Shown: positions 27,671-38,037, counted from the first letter of the stretch. The stretch: DNA of 44,285 nucleotides from an uncultured bacterium (GCA_947311825.1 CAMZLY010000083.1:1-44285); one strand, 5' to 3'. Translations and numbers: made by a program. Notes: generated by a model from the letters alone, not told the origin.

Positions 27671-29971
27671 TTAGTGATATGATGTTCCGCATTTACTACA
27701 GTGGTAAACATCGCCGTATAAGGCGTGAGTGTGATGAATTTTGTTGTAAGTTCCACATTTTGGACACGCCATGCCGCTTTGAACTGGTTTGGGGGCAGGT
27801 TGAGATATTTCTGTTGTTTTTGTTGGTTCTTCTGGCAAGGATGTGCCTGGAGCACTTGCTGGTTCGGCAGATGTTCTTTGGCGTATTTGTTTGTATCCGC
27901 ATAGTCTGCAGAAACGATATAAATAGGTTGGGTTATCATTTCTCCATGGTCCCATCTTTCCTACGTTACACATGGGGCATGAGCCACTGTTTTTAGGTTT
28001 GTTGCCGGAGGTCTTTCGTATTCTTCCGGTATTTGACGCTCGGCGTGTTCCTTTGTTGCTGGATACTTGGCGTTGACCTTTACCACCGCCTGATGATTCA
28101 GCAACTTTGTCACCATTAACTTCCGCTCCATCACCGCCTTGCCATTCTTCTCTACGGTCTTCACGATGTTTATCTCCTACAATTTTGCGTGCCATGGCTT
28201 GACCTATTGCGGTGCCGACTGCTGTACCGGCTGTTTCAAATCCTTGCTTGATCCCTTCAGTGACTTCGGTGGACATCTGCTCGCCGAAACTATTGTCGTT
28301 ATAGTCGGCGGTTGATTTGTCGGCTGCCGTTACCTTTATTTCTTCACCTTCTGTATTTGCTTGGTCAATTTTTGTTTGGCTATCTCTAACAGTTTGATCT
28401 CCACTGGTTGCGGCATCTGCCATTTCGTTTTTAGATTTGTTTACTTCGGCACTGAAAGCATTTTCTTTTTGCCTTTTAAGTTCTTTGCGTAAAATGGCCA
28501 TCTCGGCAGTATCTTTCTGATCATCATCAGGCAGATCAACGTAGTCATCACTATATTCATTATCACGTAAATTTTTGTTATTCTCAGCAGTAGCGGACTG
28601 ACCCTTGTCATGTTTATTAGCAAAAATATCGTCTGCCGCATCTTTTACTTTTACAGACTTAGTAGCATTCTTATTTTTATCATCAAATAAATCATTTGCC
28701 GCTTTTTCTGCTTTTAATTTTGCTTTTCGCTCTCGCAGAGTTTTTGCTAGTTTAATTGCTTTCTCTGGGTTGCCTTTTGAATAATCATTTGCGGCAGCCC
28801 GAGCCTCTTGCTTGGTTGCTCCAGCTTTACGGAATACTTTATAGGCGTTGTTTTCACGTTGCTGTTCATCTTTTTCTGCAAGGTCTTTTTTGTCTAGATA
28901 TTCTAGTACTTTGTTTGGAGCCCGCATCATTTTTTTTGAACGATCTTTCCAGGCTTGTGCTTCTTTGTCGATTATATCTTCGCCATAATCATCAGATTCA
29001 AAGGTTGAGGTTTTTCCTGCTGCCGAGAGTCCTTCGTTTTTTGAAGGATCTTCCTTGCCATCTTTCGCAAGTTGTTTGGCTATTTTGTTGAATTCTTCAG
29101 GATGTCCTTTTCGCTTTGCGTCAATTGCTGCTCGTGCTTGTTTATAAGGTATGCCTTTACGCATCATTTTTTTGACCACAGCATTGTCGACTTCATCTTG
29201 AATACCGCGTTGGGTTTGGTCTTGTTCCTTGTTTAGTTTTTTTAGTTCTTTATCGGATGCTTGTCGTTTCTGTATTGTTCCGCCAAAAAGATCATCCACT
29301 TTTTTAGCAGTGGTTTTTGCCCCTTCATAAAGTTGATCTTTGAGGTTAAATTCATCATCATTTTTGCCGTCGGCGGTGAGACCGTGTGTGCTTTGTTCTT
29401 TATCTTTAATACCTTTTTTCTTTATCTCTTTAACCGCATTCCGAAAGCCTTTTTTGTCACCATTGTCATATTTTTTCATTGCAGCTTCTGCTTCTTCTTT
29501 GGTGGCTCCTTTTCTCCGTAATTTTGCTTTTAGAGCCTGCCGAACTTCAGCTTCTTTTGCGGTAAGGGTTTTGCTTTCTTCCTTTTCGTATTCTTTTGCA
29601 TCTTTAGCAGAAATTTTATCGGCTGTATCCTGTCCAACAACTACTGAGCTAACTTTAGCGGCGTCGCCTTCCTCTATTCCTTCAATAACGGTCATTACTT
29701 TATCTTCAATATCGAGAAGATCGTCTACCACGCCTAAAGCATTCTTGGCTTTGCCTACTTTGTCTCCTGCCGAATGACCAATAATCTTTTTTGTTGCCTT
29801 GTCAACAGCTTTATCAATTGCATCATCTGCGTCACTACTGGCATCATCAAAATCAGCAGCGGCTTTTCTCCAGCCGGTTTTTACCTTCTCTTTTTCTTTT
29901 TCGGCATAAATCGGTAACGATAAAAATATTAATAGTATTATAAATGTTTTTAGCATTATATTTTTCATCAT
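27671..29971 (-). CDS. Hypothetical secreted protein with three helical repeats and two C-terminal Zn-ribbon-like motifs
   Basis: Long ORF open to 30058; signal peptide MLKTFIILLIFLSLPIYA suggests a start at 29971-29956; CPMC..CRLC and CPKC..CSKC near the C-terminus. Confidence 0.75.
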   Translation of the reverse strand: MMKNIMLKTFIILLIFLSLPIYAEKEKEKVKTGWRKAAADFDDASSDADDAIDKAVDKATKKIIGHSAGDKVGKAKNALGVVDDLLDIEDKVMTVIEGIEEGDAAKVSSVVVGQDTADKISAKDAKEYEKEESKTLTAKEAEVRQALKAKLRRKGATKEEAEAAMKKYDNGDKKGFRNAVKEIKKKGIKDKEQSTHGLTADGKNDDEFNLKDQLYEGAKTTAKKVDDLFGGTIQKRQASDKELKKLNKEQDQTQRGIQDEVDNAVVKKMMRKGIPYKQARAAIDAKRKGHPEEFNKIAKQLAKDGKEDPSKNEGLSAAGKTSTFESDDYGEDIIDKEAQAWKDRSKKMMRAPNKVLEYLDKKDLAEKDEQQRENNAYKVFRKAGATKQEARAAANDYSKGNPEKAIKLAKTLRERKAKLKAEKAANDLFDDKNKNATKSVKVKDAADDIFANKHDKGQSATAENNKNLRDNEYSDDYVDLPDDDQKDTAEMAILRKELKRQKENAFSAEVNKSKNEMADAATSGDQTVRDSQTKIDQANTEGEEIKVTAADKSTADYNDNSFGEQMSTEVTEGIKQGFETAGTAVGTAIGQAMARKIVGDKHREDRREEWQGGDGAEVNGDKVAESSGGGKGQRQVSSNKGTRRASNTGRIRKTSGNKPKNSGSCPMCNVGKMGPWRNDNPTYLYRFCRLCGYKQIRQRTSAEPASAPGTSLPEEPTKTTEISQPAPKPVQSGMACPKCGTYNKIHHTHALYGDVYHCSKCGTSYH

Positions 29972-30209
29972 TTGTTTCTTTATATGCTTGGTTAAATTAT
30001 TTTCTTTTGTTGACATGGCGATACTCCTCAAATATTTATACATATGAGCTTCTTGCAAAACTAAAAAAATTGGCTCATAGAGCCAACGTTACAACCGTTC
30101 TTATTAGTCATAATATATCATATAAAAATATTAGTTCAATTTTATATTGTTAATAAATGTAACTATATACATCTACTATTTGAACAGCAATTCTCGTTTT
30201 GAGAGGATA

Positions 30210-30229
30210 CCGCCTTACGGCGGAACTAC
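30210..30229 (-). repeat. Single GTAG-type REP-like hairpin
   Basis: Minus strand GTAG-TT-CCGCC-GTAA-GGCGG. Confidence 0.5.
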
Positions 30230-30298
30230 AAACAGTGAATTATCGGAGAAAATGTTTTTGTTCTGTTACTTTTTGGCTATATATGGCAGACTGATTTT

Positions 30299-31138
30299 AT
30301 GACATTGATAGGAAAGAAAAATATTTTAGTGATACTACGTGAAGCAGAGCAGGGGCTTTATCTCGATGGCGGGAAAGAGCATGGCGATATACTGCTTCCG
30401 AGGCGTTACGTGCCAAAAGGCGTAAAAGTCGGTGATTCCATAAATGTTTTTATTTATCTGGATTCTGATGAGCGTCTTATAGCAACAACCGAAACGCCCC
30501 TTGCAGAAGTTGGTGATTTTGCTTACTTAAAAGTGGTAAGCATTAATGAAAAAGCAGGTGCGTTTCTTGATTTAGGGATATCAAAAGATGTATTACTGCC
30601 ATTTCGTGAGCAGGCGAAGCCGTTAACTCCAGGCGACCGTGTTATTGTTTATATTAATCTGGATAAATTATCAGAGAGAATTATCGCAACTACCAGATAT
30701 TCCAGGCATTTATCAAAAGAAATACCACTGGTAAAAGAAGGCGATAAAGTAAAATTTCTTGTTGCAGGTATGACACCGCTTGGGTATAACGCCATTGTTG
30801 AGAATGCTTATGCAGGGTTGCTTTATCATAGTGATATAGCAACACCGTTATCTACCGGGAAAATTATTGAAGGATATGTGCGTGCTGTACGTCCAGATGG
30901 TAAAATTGACCTAGGGTTAGATCGTTCTGGTTATAAGAGAATTGCACCTTTAACCGAACAGATTATTTTGGCCTTAGAAGCAAATGATGGAGAGATGAAG
31001 TTTAATGACAAAAGCTCCCCCGAAAGTATCAGAGAAGTATTTAATGTAAGTAAGAAGGCTTTTAAACAGGCTTTGGGTGCTTTATATAAGAAAAAACTTA
31101 TACAGTTTACTGATAATGGAGTAAGGCTAGAGAGGTGA
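30299..31138 (+). CDS. cvfB: CvfB/YitL-family S1 RNA-binding protein
   Basis: GLYLDG..ILLP, VFIYLDSDERLIATT, GAFLDLG, C-terminal winged helix SKKAFKQALGALYK. Confidence 0.88.
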   Translation: MTLIGKKNILVILREAEQGLYLDGGKEHGDILLPRRYVPKGVKVGDSINVFIYLDSDERLIATTETPLAEVGDFAYLKVVSINEKAGAFLDLGISKDVLLPFREQAKPLTPGDRVIVYINLDKLSERIIATTRYSRHLSKEIPLVKEGDKVKFLVAGMTPLGYNAIVENAYAGLLYHSDIATPLSTGKIIEGYVRAVRPDGKIDLGLDRSGYKRIAPLTEQIILALEANDGEMKFNDKSSPESIREVFNVSKKAFKQALGALYKKKLIQFTDNGVRLER

Positions 31139-31203
31139 GGGTGAGGGTGGGGGTGGACTAAGAATGTGAGGCTAAGGAGTAGGTATTAATGTGATAGAAA
31201 ATA

Positions 31204-31370
31204 GAGGTGCTTGCAAAACTACTGTGCTAGGCGATTTTTTGTATTTTAGGCGAGCAGATTCTGTCTTTTGAGCAATTGGAGCATACCCGTAGGGTCTGTA
31301 AAATTGCGAAAAAGCGGAATATGCCGCATGAAATCAAAAAAGTGCCCGCAGATAGTTTTGCAAGTGCCTC
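31204..31370. mobile_element. MITE-like fold-back element, copy 2 (167 bp)
   Basis: Same TIRs as copy 1; 9 substitutions and 1 indel by manual alignment; TA on both flanks; between convergent genes. Confidence 0.88.
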
Positions 31371-31384
31371 TATAAACAATCTTT

Positions 31385-32359
31385 CTACTTTTGTCTTTTT
31401 AATATTGCGGCATCTAGTTTTTTGTCGCGGGGTGAACCGAGCTCGACGGCTTTGATATAGTATTTTGCGATTGCTTCTGTGTCATCTGGATTTGTTTTAA
31501 AAAGTAGTTTTGCCATATTGAGGTTCGCTTCTTTGTGGAATGAGTTTGTTTTAAGAGCTTGTTTGAGCTGGGTGATTGCAGCTTTGTTGCGGTTAATTCC
31601 ACAATATGCGGTTGCTAGAATTACGTGTGCATTGGCATTGCCGGGGTGTTCTTCTATAAGTGTTTCTAAGAGGTAACTTGCGTCATTGTATTGTTTTAGC
31701 CTGCATTGGACAATGCCTATCATAAGTCTTGTACGTGTACTATCAGGGTCATCCATTAATGCCTTTATGAGTATGTCTCTGGCTTCTTTGTTTTTATTTT
31801 CCATCATTAGTATTTTTGCTTTTGTGAGTGCTTTATTGTTTTTTTGTTTGGATAAATTTATTTTCTTTTTTGGGGCTTCTACATCGGTTGTTTCGCCTTT
31901 ATTTGCCTCTTTAAGCAGTTCTTTTAGATGATATTCACAGTGATTACGGTGAAATTTTATTACTGCCGGTTGCCAGTCTGGATATTCATTTTGTATGTTG
32001 GCATAGCTTTTGATTGCTTTATCGTATATCCACATAGCTATGATGGGGTCTTTTTCTGCTCTTGCTTTGTCGGCATCGGACAGGAACGTGTGTGCTATAG
32101 CGAATTGTTCTGGTGCTGTTTTGTGTTGTTTTACAGTTGGATTAGTAGGTTGTTCTATTTGTGGCACGTCACTTTTATCTATATCTTGAGTTCTTTCAAG
32201 TTTGTTAAATCTTTTAGGGCTATTATTGGTTTCTATTAGTATGGACCACGCATTCTCCGGTAGTTTTTTTTGCGTTTCTTTCTTTTTCCCCCATGCATGC
32301 GAGGTTAGTGGTAATGTGGCTGTTAGTAGTGCTGTTAAAAATAGTACTTTTGTTTTCAT
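31385..32359 (-). CDS. Exported TPR-repeat protein
   Basis: Signal peptide MKTKVLFLTALLTATLPLTSHA (start 32359), TPR-like repeats in the C-terminal half. Confidence 0.8.
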   Translation of the reverse strand: MKTKVLFLTALLTATLPLTSHAWGKKKETQKKLPENAWSILIETNNSPKRFNKLERTQDIDKSDVPQIEQPTNPTVKQHKTAPEQFAIAHTFLSDADKARAEKDPIIAMWIYDKAIKSYANIQNEYPDWQPAVIKFHRNHCEYHLKELLKEANKGETTDVEAPKKKINLSKQKNNKALTKAKILMMENKNKEARDILIKALMDDPDSTRTRLMIGIVQCRLKQYNDASYLLETLIEEHPGNANAHVILATAYCGINRNKAAITQLKQALKTNSFHKEANLNMAKLLFKTNPDDTEAIAKYYIKAVELGSPRDKKLDAAILKRQK

Positions 32360-32433
32360 GGTGTGTATCCTGCGTGATAGTGGTGCTGTAGTCAAGACAA
32401 GAAAGAGTTACTATCTTAATAAAAATATTGTTA

Positions 32434-32515
32434 TCCGCAGATTACGCAGATTTTCGCAGATTAAAATATTGTGGTGGTTCTGTTCTACAGGATGTTTTGC
32501 CACTAATGCACGAAT
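32434..32515. repeat. Composite of the AATCTGCG-family core (inverted) and the ATTCGTGC-family unit (inverted)
   Basis: 32434-63 is the reverse complement of the 13408 core; 32497-515 is the reverse complement of the 8847 unit with 1 mismatch; 32456-79 is repeated exactly at 34026-49. Confidence 0.85.
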
Positions 32516-32646
32516 GAAAATATTGTATCATATTCTAATTTGTTGTTGTATTTCGCATATTTTTTGTTTGTTATTGTCAGTTATTATAATTTGTTGTAGT
32601 ATTTATGAATTAATTTTTTGTACTGAAGATAAGGTGAGTTTTAATT

Positions 32647-33981
32647 ATGAGTTTTTTTAATTCTGAGAATAAAGAGACGGTTCATCTTTGGGTGGCGATT
32701 GCAATAACTATTATACTTGCTCTGTTCCGGTCTTTGTCGTTGATTCCTGCGTCGAGTGGCATTTGTCAGTTTATTCCGGTATTACCTACAATGGTTTATA
32801 TCTTAATGTCTTTGTTTGTTGTGATTTTGCTCTGGGTAGCTTATCAGCGCTGGATTGCTACTATACATCACCGGGAGGAGCTTGAATTTGTGATCAAGAG
32901 TATTGGCCCAGATATGATTATGGTGATTGACCCTAAAATGACTATAACTATGTGCAACAATGCGGTTGAAGAAATTTTCGGTTACAGGCCAGATGAGGTG
33001 ATTGGTCAGAAAACAAATATGCTTTATTTTGATCGGCGTATAACTGGCGATAAAAAAGAGGTATATAACCGTATTATAACTATTGGTATTCATGCCGGTT
33101 TTGCAAAGGGGAAATGTAAAGATGGACGTATTATTCCGCTTGAAATTATAACTGGAGACTTGCCGCATCAACCGGGGGCAGTAATTCTTATTCGTGATAT
33201 TACGGAAAGAAAAATGTTCGAGGATGAGCTTATTAAAGCAAAAGAGAAGGCGGAAGAAGCAACGGTGAAGTTAAAGAAGATTGAAGGTATGCGTGATAGT
33301 CTTTCCAATATGATTGTGCATGATCTGAAATCACCTTTAACAGCGATTAGTGGATATTTGGAATTGATAAACAGGACTCCTGATAATAATCTTGATGATT
33401 CTTGTTCTGTATTTTTGGATGAGGCGTTGAAAATGACTCATCAGCTGGGTGATATGATTAATTCGTTGCTTGATATAAGTCGTTTAGAGCATCATGAAAT
33501 GCCATTGAATAAGTCGGTGTTTGATGTTAAGGAGTGCTGTGATAAGGCTATGGAGGTTATTAGACCTGATTGTGCAAGTAAGAATATTGTAATAATTCTT
33601 CCGTCAGAGGCGGTGCTTGCTTTTGGTGATTCTGATATAGTGCAGCGTATAGTGATGAATTTGATGAGTAATGCTATTAAATTTACTCCTGAAGGTGGGT
33701 TGGTTACGGTTAGAACTGAATCTGTAGATGAATTTGTGAGAGTTATGGTGTCTGATACTGGTATGGGTATTCCGAAAGAGTTTCATGAGAAAATATTTTC
33801 TAAGTTTGCACAGCTTGAAGCAAAGAAGTTTTCTACTGGTATTGGGCTTACTTTCTGCAAGCTGGCAGCTGAAGCACATGGTGGAGAAATTGGTATTGAG
33901 AGCGAGATGGGGCATGGGAGTAAGCTATGGTTTACTATACCTGCTACACCAACGTCCGTTAGTGATCTATTCGAGGCTTGA
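32647..33981 (+). CDS. Membrane PAS-domain sensor histidine kinase (no adjacent response regulator)
   Basis: Two TM helices, PAS (NNAVEEIFGY...DITERK), H-box VHDLKSPL, NLMSNAIKF, DTGMGI, GIGL. Confidence 0.92.
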   Translation: MSFFNSENKETVHLWVAIAITIILALFRSLSLIPASSGICQFIPVLPTMVYILMSLFVVILLWVAYQRWIATIHHREELEFVIKSIGPDMIMVIDPKMTITMCNNAVEEIFGYRPDEVIGQKTNMLYFDRRITGDKKEVYNRIITIGIHAGFAKGKCKDGRIIPLEIITGDLPHQPGAVILIRDITERKMFEDELIKAKEKAEEATVKLKKIEGMRDSLSNMIVHDLKSPLTAISGYLELINRTPDNNLDDSCSVFLDEALKMTHQLGDMINSLLDISRLEHHEMPLNKSVFDVKECCDKAMEVIRPDCASKNIVIILPSEAVLAFGDSDIVQRIVMNLMSNAIKFTPEGGLVTVRTESVDEFVRVMVSDTGMGIPKEFHEKIFSKFAQLEAKKFSTGIGLTFCKLAAEAHGGEIGIESEMGHGSKLWFTIPATPTSVSDLFEA

Positions 33982-34258
33982 ACCGCTAATTAGGTGAATT
34001 AAGCGAATATTATCCGTATATTTTTGCAGATTAAAATATTGTGGTGGTTATGTAAAAGCTAGGCGGGTGGGCGGTAATGTCGTTGCATTTACATCTTTAA
34101 CTTTGTTCTTGCTGTGTTTCTCTGGGGACATTGCTACGAATGCGTATGAACAAGGCTATGTATCCTATCGTTATGTCGGTGGCCATCCATGCTCGTCTAC
34201 TTACTTGTCGAGTCACTTAGCACGTAGGACGACCGTTAATCGGCACGGGGGATTTCTT

Positions 34259-35689
34259 TTATGTTTCCGGGTGATATTCTTTTATGTCGCATGAGTTCGC
34301 ACTGATTTCAGGTGCGTGTTTCCAATCGGAAAGTTCTCCGCTTACGTAGGCTTGCAAAAGGATGTTTCCGGTGGCAGTTGCTTCGGAGGGTCCTGCATAT
34401 ACATCAAGCCCAGTGGCGTCGGCTGTGAGTTGGCATTGCAGTTCTGATTGCGAACCGCCGCCAATCATGTGTATCCTGTTTATTTCGAATGGTGCAAGTG
34501 TGCGGAGTTCATTCAGTACTTTGTTGTAGGTATTTGCGAGGCTTTCTGTAATTACTCGCATAAATTCGGCTGGTGTTTGTGGTTCACGTTGATTTGTATT
34601 TCTTGCATATTCACAAATTGCTTCTGGCATGTTTGGTGGATTTTCAAACATTGGATCGTTGGGGTCAACAATACAGGTTCCTGAAGGTGCGGTTAGTACT
34701 TCTTTATCGAGAACGGAGAAGCTGGTTTCAAGTCTATCTTTTTTCCATTGTTTGCGGCATTCTTCTAGTAGCCACATTCCAGTTACATTTTTTAGAAAGC
34801 GTGTGGTGCCGAATACACCTTGTTCGTTTGAGTAGTTAAGTGCTTCTGCTTCCGGCGTGATTATAGGTTTTGGTGCGATTATACCGAGAAGTGACCAAGT
34901 TCCGCTGCTGATAAACATACTGCCTTCTGGATTGGCTGGAATTGCGGCAACGGCTGATGCTGTGTCGTGTCCGGCAATTAGGCATACTCTTATATCTCTG
35001 TTTGTGCAGTTTAACTTTTTGGCTATAGCGGGTGATAGTGTTCCTAGTTCTACGCCGGGTTCAAAAAGATCTGGCAGCAGATGTGATGGCAGGTTAAGGT
35101 CTTTGATTATTTTATCGCTCCAGGTTCTGGTGTGTGGATTAAAAAGTTGTGAGGTTGATGCCATGCTTGTGTCGCAAGCTTTTTTACCGCAGAGCAGGTA
35201 GTTGAATAGGTCGCTCATGAAGAGTAGTTTTCCGGCACAGGCGGTGAGTTCCGGTTCGCGTTTATTTAGTTCGTACAGTTGAAATATGGAGTTGATGTGC
35301 ATTGTTTGAATACCGGTTTCTGCATATATTTCAGCCTGTGAAATTTTTTTGAAGACTTCTTTAGGAATAGTTGAGGTGCGTGGGTCGCGGTATGCATAAG
35401 GGGAAAGGCATATTTCACCATGAGGTGAAAGTAGTCCGGAGTCTACGCCCCAAGTGTCAACTCCAATAGAAATTTTATTGGCATCGGTTTTTTGTATAGC
35501 GGATGAAAGACCTTCTAACATGTTTTCAAATAATCCGATAATGTTCCAGTGTAGGTGGTTGCCGACAAGATGAAATTTGTGCGGGAATCGGTTGATGACT
35601 TCCATCTGTACGGTTTCGTTTTCGATGTGTGCTAGAATTGTTCGTCCGCTGGTTGCACCAAGATCGAAAGCTATGTATGCGTGTTTCAT
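34259..35689 (-). CDS. rhaB: Rhamnulokinase
   Basis: AFDLGATSGR, DTWGVD, GHDTASAV, SSGTWSLLG, LKNVTGMWL; in an operon with rhaA and rhaD. Confidence 0.92.
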   Translation of the reverse strand: MKHAYIAFDLGATSGRTILAHIENETVQMEVINRFPHKFHLVGNHLHWNIIGLFENMLEGLSSAIQKTDANKISIGVDTWGVDSGLLSPHGEICLSPYAYRDPRTSTIPKEVFKKISQAEIYAETGIQTMHINSIFQLYELNKREPELTACAGKLLFMSDLFNYLLCGKKACDTSMASTSQLFNPHTRTWSDKIIKDLNLPSHLLPDLFEPGVELGTLSPAIAKKLNCTNRDIRVCLIAGHDTASAVAAIPANPEGSMFISSGTWSLLGIIAPKPIITPEAEALNYSNEQGVFGTTRFLKNVTGMWLLEECRKQWKKDRLETSFSVLDKEVLTAPSGTCIVDPNDPMFENPPNMPEAICEYARNTNQREPQTPAEFMRVITESLANTYNKVLNELRTLAPFEINRIHMIGGGSQSELQCQLTADATGLDVYAGPSEATATGNILLQAYVSGELSDWKHAPEISANSCDIKEYHPET

Positions 35690-35711
35690 GTTTTCTCCTT
35701 TGTTTTGTTTA

Positions 35712-35738
35712 GATCAGTCGGATCTGACGGATCGGGCT
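35712..35738. repeat. 9-bp-period GATC repeat (rhaD-rhaB spacer)
   Basis: gatcagtcg gatctgacg gatcgggct. Confidence 0.65.
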
Positions 35739-35777
35739 GCTCTGCTTCCGCTTTTGGGTAGTGGCGGAGAGTTTGTG

Positions 35778-36572
35778 TTAACATTTGTTTACTAGAATGC
35801 GTTCCATTTCTGCTAGGTTATCTTGCGATAATCCTTCGGGCCAATATCCGGCGGCCATACATTTTAATATAATGGTTGCTGATTTGTTGGCTACATCAAT
35901 GAAGTCGAAGGCTTCGACAATGTTGCGACCGGTTCCTAGGGCACCATGTTTTTCCCATAGTATTACGTCAAAGTTATGTAGGGCGGCACCGGTAAGTTTG
36001 CTTAGTTCTGCTCCTCCGGGAATAGCATATTTTGTTATTTCTGCACCGCGTGGTACAAATACACGTGATTCAGGCATGGTGCTCCATAGCATTGTGCGTA
36101 GTCGTGCAGGGTCTTTTGAAAGTTCTGGATGGTGTGTTAGGCAGATTAGTTCAATAGGGTGTGTATGCAAAACGGCACGATATTCAGGATTATCTGCAAT
36201 CATTTTTGATTGTAGTTCGAGATGTGATCCTATTTCCATTGTCGGTTTGACATTTTTTTCTCCTTGACCGCATTCTAGAAAATGATACCCAGTTGTATCG
36301 TTAGATATTTTTATGACTGCACCGTATTTGAATGGGGCGCGGGCAAGATCGCGCATACGGCAACCTGTGCCGGATATATATAATATGGCATTTGCCAAGT
36401 TTTCCGGAATATCTTTTAGTGGTATCAGTTCATTTCTAGTTTCGCCGTCCCATGCTTTAAGTCGTAATGAAATATTTCCGCCATTACGTTCTGCCCAGCC
36501 GCGTTCCCATAGGTAGCCGGCAATTTCTTTTATTTCATCGATGTCTTGGTTGTGTTGTTCGTTGTTTGTCAT
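35778..36572 (-). CDS. rhaD: Rhamnulose-1-phosphate aldolase
   Basis: GWAERNGGNIS, PTMEIGSH, HTHP, WEKHG class II aldolase motifs. Confidence 0.92.
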   Translation of the reverse strand: MTNNEQHNQDIDEIKEIAGYLWERGWAERNGGNISLRLKAWDGETRNELIPLKDIPENLANAILYISGTGCRMRDLARAPFKYGAVIKISNDTTGYHFLECGQGEKNVKPTMEIGSHLELQSKMIADNPEYRAVLHTHPIELICLTHHPELSKDPARLRTMLWSTMPESRVFVPRGAEITKYAIPGGAELSKLTGAALHNFDVILWEKHGALGTGRNIVEAFDFIDVANKSATIILKCMAAGYWPEGLSQDNLAEMERILVNKC

Positions 36573-36597
36573 GTGTTTTCCTTTGTGAGTTTTAAAA

Positions 36598-36633
36598 GAT
36601 CGGACTGATCTGTCGGATCAGGCTGATCTGGGG
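36598..36633. repeat. 9-bp-period GATC repeat (rhaA-rhaD spacer)
   Basis: gatcggact gatctgtcg gatcaggct gatctgggg. Confidence 0.65.
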
Positions 36634-36646
36634 TATGCCTGTGGTC

Positions 36647-37921
36647 TTATCTTTTTGCTAGTACGTTTTTTTCGTATTCGTTCATGTAGTTAAGCCAGGC
36701 GGAGCCGACCGGAGTGTTCTGCTGTAGGCAGAATTGATCCCAGATTGCACCCATTGGCAATGTTTTGAATGCTTCCATTATGGCAAGTTTTTCGGCTCCA
36801 CGGTTTTCTAGTTCTAGTTGTTTTAGTAGTGTGGTTGGCTCTAGCATTGCTTGTAATAATGCTTGCTGTGTTGCGCGAAGTCCTATTACCCAGGCTCCTA
36901 TACGGCAGATGGAGGCATCAAAAAAGTCGGTTGCGATATTTATGCGGTCAAATGCATCGCCTCGTACAATCTCGCGAGCAAGATCCAGTAAATTGTCATT
37001 TAGGATTACTACATGATCAGAATCCCATCTGATAGGGCGGCTTACATGGAGCAGTATTTCCGGTATAAATGTGAGAATTGACGAGAGTTTATCGTGAATG
37101 GTCTCGGTTGGGTGGAAGTGTCCCATATCTAGGCAGAGTAGTTTTTCTCTGGTTATGGCGTATCCCATATAGAATTCGTGACTACCGACAACAAATTCTT
37201 CGCTACCGATGCCGAATAGTTTGCACTCTACGGCTTCTTTTACTCGTGGATCTGTTTTTGTTAAAAAGATTTCGTCGTAAGATTCTACTAGCCTTTTACG
37301 TGCGTCCCAGCGGTCTACGGTTAAGTCTTTTGTGCCGTCAGGGATCCAGAAAGAGTTTACCATTGGCTCGTCTAATGCTTCGGCAAAGGCGGCTGCTATT
37401 TCGCGGGAGCGTTTACCATGTTCAATCCAGAAGTTTCGGATACTGTCGTCTGTATGAGATAGTGTCATGCCGTCAGCTGCTTTTGGATGAGAGAAGAATG
37501 AGGGATTAAAATCTATGCCGACTTTTTTTTCTTTAGCCCAGTCGATCCAGCTGGCAAAGTGTGATGGTTCAATGGCATCGCGGTCAACAAATTTGCCGCC
37601 GTCTTCTCGGTAGAGAGCGTGGAGGTTTAGGCGATGTGAACCAGGGATAAGGCTCATTGCCATTTCTATATCGGCACGTAGCTCTTCTGGAGTGTGGGCT
37701 TTGCCGGGATGATTGCCAGTTGCCATTATGCCGCCACTAATGGCGGCATCGGGTGATTCGAAGCCGCCAACATCATCGCCTTGCCAGCAGTGCATTGAAA
37801 TAGGTATTGTTGCCAGCTTAGAAATTATGCTGTCTGTGTCAATTTTAAAATCTGAATAGCGTGTACGTGCTTGTTTGTATGCTTGTTCAATTTCTTGTGT
37901 GCTTGTTGCCGGATATTTCAT
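36647..37921 (-). CDS. rhaA: L-rhamnose isomerase
   Basis: SMHCWQGDDV, ECKLFGIGSE, GHFHPTE, RWDSDHV, DFFDASI. Confidence 0.96.
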   Translation of the reverse strand: MKYPATSTQEIEQAYKQARTRYSDFKIDTDSIISKLATIPISMHCWQGDDVGGFESPDAAISGGIMATGNHPGKAHTPEELRADIEMAMSLIPGSHRLNLHALYREDGGKFVDRDAIEPSHFASWIDWAKEKKVGIDFNPSFFSHPKAADGMTLSHTDDSIRNFWIEHGKRSREIAAAFAEALDEPMVNSFWIPDGTKDLTVDRWDARKRLVESYDEIFLTKTDPRVKEAVECKLFGIGSEEFVVGSHEFYMGYAITREKLLCLDMGHFHPTETIHDKLSSILTFIPEILLHVSRPIRWDSDHVVILNDNLLDLAREIVRGDAFDRINIATDFFDASICRIGAWVIGLRATQQALLQAMLEPTTLLKQLELENRGAEKLAIMEAFKTLPMGAIWDQFCLQQNTPVGSAWLNYMNEYEKNVLAKR

Positions 37922-38037
37922 GATGGTTCCTTTGCTTATTTTTTATTTCAGGGAGTAACTTGCCCTAAAATGACTGTTTAGACAAGAGAAATCAACAAAA
38001 TCGGTAGTTTTTTTATGTTTATTAAGAAAAAATATCT

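Noticed and set aside
32202-32660. 152-aa ORF on the plus strand
   Set aside because: Antisense to the TPR gene start and crossing repeats and AT-rich promoter DNA.
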